A stretch of 64,000 nt of DNA from Camelus dromedarius (Eukaryota): assembly GCF_036321535.1 (NCBI RefSeq), contig NC_087437.1, forward strand, positions 50,284,001 through 50,348,000. Reading direction: 5' to 3'. Position 1 is the stretch's first letter. The number at the start of each line of letters is the position of its first letter. Under the pieces are notes generated by a model. That model was not told the DNA's origin, searched no databases, and saw nothing but the letters and a program-made list of their open reading frames with translations. This document shows positions 49,601-61,055 of this stretch, in pieces. The translations under genes were made by a program, and so were the position numbers.

Positions 49601-52600
49601 ACAGGGTTCAGATAGAGCCAAAAGCCCCACTGCAGACTTGAATAGACCAGGAAGAGATGGGCACAGGCTGCTGTCCCAGAAAAAGAGCCAGACTAGAACC
49701 TCCATTAAGACACCTTGGCCGGGCCCCGGATGCTACACATATGGGTCTTCCAAAGGTCTTCCGGCTTATTCTCTTTCCAAGTGTAAAAAATGGACAAAAT
49801 GTACTGCTTCTCTCACCACGTCCAGGGCATTTCTGCTTTTCCCCTAATCAAATTTTCCTGCTTTGGCACAGGGGTGAGGGATATCGCATCCTAGGGGGCT
49901 TATTGCACTTTGTTAAATGAGAGTGAACTTTGTAGTTGGCAAATTTGTTGATTTATGTGTGGGTGCTAAGTAACAGCCTGTAAAAGATACACAGCACTGT
50001 AATAGTAGCATTTGAATTTCCTTTACTACTAAGGATGGGGTTGTGTATGTGACATGGGGTTGTGTTGGTGACCTGAGCATTGATGTATGCTAAATTGGAG
50101 GCTAGCTTTTTATCAGAAATGGATAGGAAGACAAAGAGACGAGACACAGAAGTAGAGAAGCAAAATATAATGCCAAGAATTTTCAACATCTGGTATTTGG
50201 ATTTTAGACGTTAAAATTATATAAAAGTAAGCCGAGTTTAAAAGTATATAAAAATGTTACTTTTGTAAACTGAAATTCTTGGTAAGGCTGAATACCAAAT
50301 TGTGTGGGTGGATTAAAAGACCAATCAGGGCCAAGCAAATATTGCATATATCACAGCTTTTCTAGCTACTAAGTGATTACTTGTACTCATAAGACTGTGG
50401 GAAATAATATGAAAACTAGGGAATAATTTTAAGAAAAACGAAAAGTAACTCCTATAAAACATTTTATAATCTGGGAATATACCTAGTTTGTCAAATAGTG
50501 CAAAAGAAAATTACATTTATAAATATAATTGCATCTGACAAATTGTTGACTGTAAGTCCAGAGAAGGCACAATAAAAGGGAAGTGACAAAATAAATCAGT
50601 TCTTGCATCCTTAAAGTAACTTGAATCTTGATTAATTGTTATTGATAAGTTAAAATCCAATGGTATATTTTTTCATTCTGGTAGTTTGTGTTAGAGATAA
50701 ATCATATTTTTGGCTAAGTTAGCAAGCAGGTAATGATTTTTCCTTAATGAAATACATCAGTTCACATCTTGAGAGTCTTCTGAAAGCTTCCTCAGACTAC
50801 ACAATTTAACATTTCCTCAGACTACAGTTATACAAAATGAAATAGCTATTTTAAAATCACTTGCTTGTTTTTCCTTAAGAGTACATTCAAAACAAGATAA
50901 TTCAATGGATGTGGGTTTTGTGGGCTTTGAGCCTCAATTGTGTCCTGACACTCAATATTAAATCAATTAATTACCAAACTGCCATCTCATTTTACAATGA
51001 CCTTAAAGTCTCCATTGAACAGTTAGTGGTCTAGTGGTTTGGAAAATGTAGGTAAGATGAAGTGAAATTCTACTGAACTTATCTACAGCTTTTAAAAAGA
51101 ACATTATTTTCTTCTTAGGAACTTTATTTCAGATACAGTAGGAAAGGTCAACACATTATTTTATTTTACTCCATCAGGCAGCAATCATCACCATTGCTGT
51201 GAGGGACTTTGTGTCTAAGGGCATCAACCAATCACCTAAGGACACCCAGAGCCAGAACTGAGGGTCTTACTTTCAGTTTTGATTCAGTTTTTTCTCCTTC
51301 TTTGAGCTTTGCTGGTAAGCTCAAAGCTAGTTTGCATTACTGATTATTCAATATTATACCATGAGTTCTGTCATAGCCTTAAAGGGATTTTTCTACTCAA
51401 GTAATCCTGAGGGAACAAAGGTTCCTATCGTATAAGCTGTTTAAACAGAAAACTTTTAAAAAGTGTACTCAGTAATCAGGTTGTACACCGTTATTAAATA
51501 CACAGTGTGATACATAATTTTCTGGCTTCTGTTGATGTACTAGCTTTCCAAAGACTCAGTCTATCTGAATGATGAAATAAAGGAAATTGCTTACAGAGAA
51601 GGAAGCTGAAACTAACTGGGGATACAGAGAAGAAACATAGGTAAGAGCACTATGGAAGATCCTCTATTATCCACTGAGATGATGTTGTTGGAGAAGAAAT
51701 ACAAAGAAGTAACAGTCTTTGAGCCTGTCAGCACTGTATTTTTACAAAAGACGTCTTTTACTCCACAGTTATTTTCCCTGAGCACCATATTGAGAAGATC
51801 TCTTCGTTCATGAATAATTAAATTTGTTATGAAGAAAACTTATCTGTTAGTTACAAGAAGGTACGTGTTAGTGTGATTACTGCATTACAGTTAAACTGCA
51901 TCTTTCTATAATTAGGCAAATTTAATCTAATTAAGCATACTTTTACTCTCCATGTAACAATTAATCAATAGAAATTTGAGACAGGTGAATAAAGAGGAAC
52001 AAGCACAGGCTTTATTTTGTTCACCTCTGATAATTATATTAATTCTTAATAATATTAAATTAATATTAACATGAATAAAGCATCAAAGTTATATTAAAAC
52101 AGGTGCTCAATAGCAGCAAATGCTGGCCTCAGGTAAGAAGAGGTTCTTTCTGGTACTGGACCAGCACACCCCCCCTGATGCTGAGGAGCAAAAGAGCATG
52201 TTTAGGGGTCAGTAATGGAGGATTCATTTTAGGGAAGATAGTAGGGACAATATCAAAACTACAAATGAAGTACTGTATCAGAGTTTAAATAGCAACTGGA
52301 TAAAACGCGACAGATGGAGCTAAAATGGATGGATGCAACTTAAACTCTGGCATCTCTCTCAACATACAATTTAATTAAATAACAGGAGAAAAGTTGCATT
52401 TTCTTGTCTGACATATCAAAACAATTCAAAAAAGTAAAAACAGGATGCCATTCAGAATTCGAATGCACCCATGTGGAGCACTCACATTCACTGAAGTTGT
52501 CATTAATTACTGATTGGACTAAGGCCTAGTCATTAGAATCCACATGTATTATTATATTATTCAAGGTTAAACTAGATTTACATCTTTCTGTACAGGTAAA

Positions 52601-52790
52601 TTAATAAAAACAGCATACATAAAATAATATAGAGGAAAACATATACATATGTGTGTGTTTGACACATTGTTTACCTTTCCTATTGTGATTATGAGGTTTT
52701 TTTCCCTCTTTTTTCCACAGGACAAAGGAAAGTCACAGACAGATGCATCTAACAGTAATCTCCTCCCCTTTATTTACTTGTGATGAGAAT

Positions 52791-52878
52791 CTTTTTTTTT
52801 AATGGAGATACTGGGGATTGAACCCAGGACCTCACATGCTAAACACATGGTCTACCACTGAGCCATACCCACCCCAAC
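52791..52878 (-). mobile_element. Short vic-1-like SINE (tRNA-like head plus A tail only)
   Basis: ACTGGGGATTGAACCCAGGACCTC..CTACCACTGAGCCATACCC; direct repeat CCTCCCCTTTAT at 52762-52773 and 52879-52890. Confidence 0.85.
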
Positions 52879-54883
52879 CCTCCCCTTTATGTACAATGAT
52901 AATATTGACCGGCCATTATATGACTGAATTGAATTTCTGGTCATGTTGGTGATTCCACTAAGCTACCTGCTCTCTCTGTCCTATTTTGGGGCTGGCGGTA
53001 CAAGCTATGGTCATAGGATAAAGTTCTCTTCCTTGTAAAGCTAACAATCACCTCTGAGGATTGAGCCTACAACTTTACACTCGTCGATAACTCTGGATGA
53101 AAATCAAATGAGCTAAGAAATAAAACCTGCACATATCACCTCCTCGTATCTTCCCCTCTTAGCACATACTTATACACATATATATACATAAATATGCATA
53201 TACTGTCAACACCATCAGCCCCGCTTTATGTAGATGAGGCGCAACCTCCTTTTCCGCAGACAGGATGTTTCTTCATGCAAGGTCACCAAGTGTGTGCGTG
53301 CTGATTGGCAAGAAACATTGCCTCATGTGAAAAAGTTACCACGTCCCAGTTGAATCACTAAGGATCTGGTCGGTGAACAAGCAGGTCTGAAGTTGGAGGT
53401 GATAGAACTAAGACATTTTTAAACTTTACCTTCCTTTGGACCTTCTTTACTCCATGTACCTGTAATTTCGTACATAGGTACAAGTTAGTACATTTCTGAA
53501 TACTTTCACATAATATTTTTACTATATTTAAGATGACTGATGTAAAAATGTTTAACTGTTAATAACTTAATGCTAAGACAGTGCTCCAGGCCTAAACTGT
53601 GAACCCCTTGAGTGCAAGATGTGTGGGAATATTAGCCCAGGCACCTAGCACAATGGCTAGCACCTACTTAATGCTCAAAAACATTTGTTAAATAACTGAA
53701 CAGTGGCAGAAGAGGTAAGGGTGGAGGGAGAGAGCTAGAATGAAGCATCTGGGCCAGAATAGGAGAGTCCTTAGTAAGACTTTATAAATGGGTCTTATAA
53801 AACTATCAGTTACATATTGACTGTAATGGCAGATTTATGATATATTTGACTAGGAATTATTAGAGGAAATCAATTTACCTCACCAGAATAGCAACATTAA
53901 ATAGTCTGTGAGGTCTCTGAGTAAATTAGTATAGTAGAAGAAAGTACCTCTTAATTTCATTTGTTTTTCTCACCTAGTAGATCATCATCTTCTTTTATCC
54001 CCTCTTTAAAAGTCCAATTTATCACTCTACAAGATTCCCTGATTTATTCATTAGTCACTTAAATGTTGTTTACATTTTACAGAACAGCTGTTCAAGGAAC
54101 CAAAATTTGAGCTCCTAAACTTCACAAACTGAGACCTTGTTCTACAGAAGAATACAGTGTCACAGGGAAGATGGACATTAAACAGATGGCAGCAAACAAT
54201 TACATGATTACCAGTGTGCGAAGTACTTGGAGAGCAATGGAACACTGGGAATGCTTAATAGGGAGAGCGCAGACAGTTGACTCAGCAATTGCTTGGGGCA
54301 CTAGCAGAGGCTCAGGAAAAAAAGAAACAGAGAGACAGAGAAAGAATAGGGCAGCATGTGTGAGCAAGAGAGACAGAGGGAGATGACTTTAATCAGAAGA
54401 AAATCCAGAAAGAAGTTATCCAGGATAGGTGTACATTTTGTAGTATGTCATTTCAAAGACAGCTAAAAGTTTCACACATTTTTTGTGTGTTTCAATTCAT
54501 ATTTAGGTTGGTGGTGGGGTAGCCACTAGGATCTTTTAAGTGCTTAGAGTTTGCAAATGTCTTAACCCAGCTCTGCAAGGGAACCAAACCTTCTCTGAAG
54601 GGTAACTTCTAAGCTGAGACTTAAATGATGAAAAATTAACCAAGGTAGAGGATATCAGAAGAGATTTCCAGAGGTGCATACAGCATGTGAAAGGACCCAA
54701 AAGTGGCCAAGACCACAGCCCAATTCATCTCTTTCTTCTCCTCTTTAGGGAATCATTTCCAAAGGCTGATTCATCCAGATCCTGTCATATCTGCACAACA
54801 AATGGCCGTCTTGCCATGAGAGCTACGTCAGGATATCAACCACAGGCAAGTGGGTAATCACAGTAACACAGATACAGACTTCA

Positions 54884-55043
54884 GGGGGGAAGAGGGTATA
54901 GCTCAGTGGTAGAGTGCATGCCTAGCATGCACAAGGTCCTCAGTTCAATCCCCAGTACCTCCATCAAAAATAAATAAATAAGTAAACCTAATTACCTCCC
55001 CCTTCAAAAACAAACAAACAAAACCCCCAAACAAACAAAAAAA
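54884..55043 (+). mobile_element. vic-1-like SINE
   Basis: GGGTATAGCTCAGTGGTAGAGTGCATGCCTAGCATGCAC head, AAACCTAATTACCTCCCCC body, (CAAA)n tail. Confidence 0.9.
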
Positions 55044-58000
55044 TCAGACAGGTTCAATTTGGTACAGCTTTATTTATGTAATGAAAAAATTTCTGAACAC
55101 ATACTGTGTGCCAGGCCCTAGGTTAAATGCTGGGAATGCTCAAGGATCTCCTGCTCTGGGTTCTTGTAGGTCCAGCCCCAGATCTCCGCTCTCTCCAGTT
55201 GAGATCTTGTTCTCACCTGACTCACCTGAGAAGTGTGACTTCTCCTCCTGGCTTCATTCTGTTTCTGTCTCAGCATCCTAACCCCCCAAAAACCCAGCCA
55301 CTGTCTTCAGTACATCCCAGGGCCCTTCTCAGCCTCCCTGAGCACCAAGGGAGCAACAGGCTTTAAATCTGTTATCCAGGATTACCCAGGGGTCTGCTCC
55401 ACTCCACCCTCACCTGCTCTCTGATATCCCCTTGCTGGTATTACTGTGAATTTCCCACATCCTTCCTTAGTGGTAAGCTGTTACCAAAAACCTCTTGAAC
55501 AAGTAGCCACTTTCTTCCTGTTTCCCATACAGAAGTCTCTGTGAATTAGTATTTCTCAAGACTCAACTTCCAACCCATTCTACTTCTTACAACCTTAACA
55601 AACACAGTTCTTGATTTCTCTCCCTTTGATTCAGCCTGTTTTCTTCTTGCTCACAGTTTTTTCCTCCTTTCACATACTGCCTAACCTGGCTTCAGCCTTT
55701 ACTCATTGTTTCCTCCCAATCTCCTACTCACACAAATTAACATTTATACTCATTGTAAAGCAATGAAAATACATATGTAATTGTGTGGAGGTAAAGGAAA
55801 TCACATAATCTTCAGATTAGATTACTCAGGGCTTATTGTTATCTTAAAATTAATCTTTATGACTTATAATAATGAATGATTAGCTTATATTTTCCTTTAT
55901 TCCTTCTATTCAGAAAAGACTGAAGATAACTTAACAAAATAATTGATATAAGAAGATAGAAAGGAGGTGGAGTAACCAGCCAAAGGGAAACTAAGAGTAG
56001 ACAAAATAAGAAGTCAAGGTAAAAGTAATTCATAAAATGTACATGGTAGTGCGTGGGCACTTGCCATGAGCCCCTAAATTTTTAAATGACCAACACAACA
56101 GTAGAAGGAAGCACATTCAATTACATAATTGAAAACACTCAGGAGGTTATAAAACAAACGAGTTGCTCAAGAGAAGCCGAGTCATTTGTGGTAATGAATT
56201 TCTGCGGGCTCTGATCAAAAGAACACAGTGTGATGTCCTCAGCTGCAGCTCCATGGCGAAAGCAGTCGTGGGATTTCGGAGGCTGCTTCTCCTATGTCTC
56301 TAGACTTAAGCTGTTCATGTGATCCTAAACTGCGGTTCAGTAACAGGAACCACAGCAAGAGCCAAAACAAGACTATCTAAAGGCAGATTTCTGATCATTT
56401 TTCTTTAATCTAAAGATAAAATTTCCAACACCAGAAGAGAGTGTAGAGTCCTCAGGAAATCCTCCATTAACATTACTTCTCCCAACTGAGCATTTCTGAT
56501 AGCTGCAAAGCAGACAAGCGTGTTGACAATTTAGGCCCTATTCATTTCCATTAGTACTCAGCAGAATCGGGGACGTTGTTTTATAAAAGTTAAGGAAACG
56601 GAGGAGAACTGAGAAAATATTTGCAAGCTAAGCCAAGATTTTCCTCAGAAAAGAATTTTAGATCTATTCTAATACAGATAAAGGGGCAAATGCTAAGATT
56701 TTTGCCGTTGAACACAACTGTGTTGGTTTAGCCTAGAAAATCTATGAAGCAGCTGTTAACAAACCTCCCTGTGCAGCCTTTTTTTCCCCCATTTTTTATT
56801 ATGATAAATACACATCTAAGATTTATCATCCTAATCATTTGTCAGTGTACAGCTCAGAATATATTTATGCTTTACATATTTTGACTTTTCAAGAAAGAGA
56901 TCATTTTTATGGACCCTAACTCTCACAGTGGCTTTGAGTTTCAGTTCTGTATCAGCATAAATAGCCAAACTAAAACTGCATTCATATATATAACTTAGTC
57001 TACCACTGACACCTGTTTGAAAAAATTTCAAGAGCAGTTGCAAATATGTAATGTGATAATGTTCCTAATGAATTTTTTCATAAGGTGATAAAATATGTAA
57101 TCCTGGTCGGTACTGGAAAAGCTTGCCTTATGTCTTTTTTCTTCGCCTAAAGTCTGGTCTGGAAATTCTGGAATGATAGTTAACCAGAAGGAAACTGCTT
57201 TTTAAGTATAATAATTTATAATTACTAGACTTATGATTTTGAAAAAGTAGAAAGCTGTCCTTTTAAAAATGAGAGAAGATTCTAGGGCCCAACTGATGGC
57301 TCCTCCATCGATGTAGAAATAATTAAGGCAGCAGATTCGCAAGGCTCACTGTCCTCCAATCAGACTGAACCTTGAAGAGTTCTGACAGGCACAAAACAGA
57401 GAGCGCCCTGAGTCTAAAAGATGGTGATCAGTGGTCTTACTGCATAGCTTAGGATCCACTGAAATCATTCAGTATACTTTGCTTTATATCACTTTGCTAT
57501 TCCTGAACAAGGTATTTTTTCCCTAACTACTTAGGTATTGGCATTAACTTATTGATTCATTTAAGAAACATCTGTTGAGTACCTTTTAGACACTATGGGT
57601 TCCAAAATGAATGAGCCAGGAATCTTGGTGTTAACAAGCACACAGTCTGTGCTTTCTATTGATAGTCCAAGATGTTCTGATCAAGAAAAATATCCCTCTT
57701 TGTTTGTCTTTGTTATACCTAAGAATCTCTATTAACAGCAAACCAGGAGATTTCCCGTCTCACCCTGGGAAAAAAAACATCTCACAGGTATAACTATCAC
57801 AGAATTATATTAACAAGTTTACTCAAGAAAAAGAACCATACCATTAATTCAGTGGCTGTTGTGTGATGCTGTTATTCTCTTGGAAAGGTCTGTCACCTCA
57901 CTTGAAATGACTTAAGTTTCAGGTTTCCTCGTCTGTCACCAGAGCACAACTTCCTAGAATATGCTTTACTTCTGGCTCTTCAACAGTCCAGTACTTCTAA

Positions 58001-59309
58001 ACTTGATGCTTCACCCTAGCAATAATTTCCTATCTGCCCTTTCTTCTCTCTTCACTCTATCACATATAATGTCTATGGACTAACACTCTAATTTCATCTT
58101 GTCACTTCATTGTTCAGAAAATTCCAGGGATTGACCATTTCTGGTAAACTCCTGTGACTAGCCAGAAACTCTCCTAACACCATGCCTTTACTCACTCAAC
58201 CTCACCTCTTACTACTCCAAATTAGTTGTACCTCAAACATTTTGAGGTTTCTGCAATTCTTCCAGTTGGAAAGCCTTTCCCTCCCACCTTCATTTCAAGT
58301 TCAATTCAAATTCAGATCCTTTCCTCTGAACTCTTCCCAGCTGCTATTGCCCACATCCATTTTCTGAAATTAGTGATTATTATCAGTTTAGTTTTTAGAA
58401 CTTAATCCCATACTACATTTGACTGTTATTTAATTGATTCCTCTCTGCAACTTCTCTTTCCAACTAGATTGTAAACTCTCCCCAGAGAAAAGGGGCTCAC
58501 CTTAAAGTTGCATTTGTGTCTCCTCCTACTTTTAGTCAGTTGTTAGGCATATATTTGGTGTTCAATACATTTAAGAAATAGCTGTGGAATTAGTGAACTA
58601 CCACTGACTCCAAATGCACTTTCTTTCGTTTGCAGCTGGTGCTTGCAGTAAGTCCTATGTATTCCAACCTCAATGTTTTCAAACCTTTCCAACCACAACC
58701 AATAAAAATAAATTATTTTTATATTGTGATCTGATGTGCATGTGTGTGTGTGTACCTGCTGAAACAAATGTTTCAGAAAACAATACATATTATTTACACT
58801 GCATAATACATTCTAATATTTTCTATTCTGTTTTTTAGAAACACTGATCATGACACACTAAATTGATTCCATCAACACTAAAGAGTTATATAGAATATAT
58901 ACTCTATATTACACTCCTTGGATTAATATGAGGTATATAATGTTGCTCTTGAAAAATGCTTAGACCAAAACACTACCTTGAGTGCTTATTCTGTTCCTGA
59001 AAATTTGAACTACAGTTATGATCTTTATACAGTTACCCTGAGATAACTTCTTACCATATTCCACCATGGCATTTAGAATCAACTCCTCCCACTTCTACTT
59101 TTTGAAATTTGGGACATAGTTAAATAATAATACAAAAAGTGTCCTCTAGATTTCTATTTCTTATGTTGTATTGACAAACTTTAGTCGCACATAAATAAAA
59201 ATTTCCCAGCCTAATTTTAACCAGACCACTTGCAGATGAATAAAAGTAGTTATGTTCGTATTTTTGTTTCTTTACAATATCTGAAGAGCATGAGCTCTTA
59301 TTGTCTGAC

Positions 59310-59520
59310 CATCCAGAATCTGATTCCCAGCTCTGCCAAGTTACATAACCTGAGAACGTTATTAACCTGGGCCTCCATTTCTGCATCCATGCAATGGGAA
59401 TAATAGTATCAAGTTCAAAGGATTGATGGGGGTTAAATTAGACCTTGCAAGTAAAGAGCTTATTACAGGGCCTGGGACACATAAGTGCTCCATGAATGGA
59501 AATAATGTTTTATCACTGTA
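59310..59520 (+). mobile_element. MIR SINE
   Basis: ATTCCCAGCTCTGCCA..TTATTAACCTGGGCCTCCATTTCTGCATC..GGGCCTGGGACACATAAGTGCTC. Confidence 0.68.
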
Positions 59521-60676
59521 GCAGGTAAGTAAATGTATCTCAAAATTCCTTTTAGGATCATGAAGCAAGGTTCAGTCATAAGAACAAAAGTGAGATTACT
59601 TTTTCTCTTTACATGTCTAAGTAATTCTTGTAGTTGGATTATTTATAATGTAAAATTCCATTTCTGGTTTTTTCAGATAATAAATACACCAAAGGAAAGG
59701 CTCTATTTGTGGTGCTGGATAATCATTGTATAATAAGGAATATTTATTGAAACTAAAAGACTGTGTGTATGTCTTGCAAAGACTTGCTTAGTTTTTCAAA
59801 TCTCATTTAGGTTTCTGTTTTCGCTTATTAAAAAAATCTTTTTAAACTCTTGTATGTTGAATGGTGAAGTGTGCTTTAATTCAGCAAAATACTGCACACA
59901 ATACACATACATAACAATCAAGATGTATACGGGCCTGGTTTTGAACAAAGCGAGACCCGGCGCTTCATTTCAGCGTTCCAAGTCAAAGTCCAGTTGCAGT
60001 TGCTTTTATACCCCTTCTTACCTCCACTTATCCACACCCTTATCTTGCCTAGGTCTTGCTACTTATGGGGTGTTTTTGATTGCAGGAGTTCAGCAGTTAA
60101 CAGAAAACAGCCACCTTCCCACAGGAAATATTTTCCCCCTTACTTTTTAAATAATGCAAAACAGAATATCTCGTCCATTCTACCGGAACACTGGTCCAGA
60201 CTGAACCAGGCACAGGGGAGTTGCATCCCCTTTCAAAATTCCATAAAGGAAGTGATCAAGGTTCTCCTACTCCAGCTCAGTCGTTTGCTAAAGAGAGCTG
60301 CGTTAAACGTTGAGACAAAGGCTTCCACAATTTAATTGAACCGAAACTGGAGATCTCTGGGGATTAACTTTCAGTCATTACTCTCCAGATCGTGCGTATG
60401 CGTGCTGGGCGACTGGGAAAACCAAAGGCAGAGAGCCAGAAACACACCTGCAACAGGAGGTAGAAACAGAGGAGTCGGCTAGAAGCCGCAGACTCCGTGT
60501 GAAACTCTCAGACCCTATTTCATCGTATCCCAGAAATGAGAGGAGGAGCAGAGCACATACGGGGCGATCGTGAACCCGCAGCTCTCCACGCTGGCCGCCG
60601 GTCCCGCCCACAAGGCTGAGCCCGGCTTAGAACAGCGGCGGGGTGCGCTGGGCCCCTCGGTCGGCGCAGCCCCTTT

Positions 60677-60707
60677 CGTCACGTCCGGGGGCGGGGCGGG
60701 GCGGGGC
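60677..60707 (+). promoter_or_regulatory. CRE-like element plus three overlapping GC boxes (Sp/KLF)
   Basis: CGTCACGTC at 60677-60685 (TGACG half-site on minus strand), then GGGGCGGGGCGGGGCGGGGC at 60688-60707. Confidence 0.7.
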
Positions 60708-60891
60708 TCCGGGGGTGGAGCCCGGGGTCGGGGGTGGGGTTTTGGTGGTACTTCGGGTGACAACGGTCAATAATGAAGGTGGCTGCGGCGCGGCAGCAAG
60801 CTCAGCTGCGCCGGGCGGGGGCGGCGCCGGGGCCGCGCCTGTAGGACTTCGGGACCGGCGCGGCGAGATGGGGCCCCGGCGCGGGGAGTGA

Positions 60892-60912
60892 GGCGGCGGC
60901 GGCGGCGGCGGC
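60892..60912 (+). repeat. (GGC)7 trinucleotide repeat in the putative ATP11B 5' UTR
   Basis: Seven uninterrupted GGC units counted directly. Confidence 0.9.
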
Positions 60913-61028
60913 TGCGAGCGAAACTTCAGTCAGAGGGTCTCTCCCTCTTCCCCCTCTGGCTCGTCGGCCTCCGCCTGCAGCCCCTCGGCCCCCGCGTCCT
61001 GCGGGACAGGGACGGCGACGGCGGGGGC

Positions 61029-61055
61029 ATGTGGCGTTGGGTCCGGCAGCAGCTG
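61029..61055 (+). CDS. ATP11B: First coding exon of P4-ATPase phospholipid flippase ATP11B (MWRWVRQQL), phase-0 donor
   Basis: ATG TGG CGT TGG GTC CGG CAG CAG CTG followed by GTAGGT donor at 61056, inside a CpG island, G at -3. The peptide matches the ATP11B N-terminus as I recall it (human MWRWIRQQL-GFDPP). No further exon recognised in the window. Confidence 0.93.
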
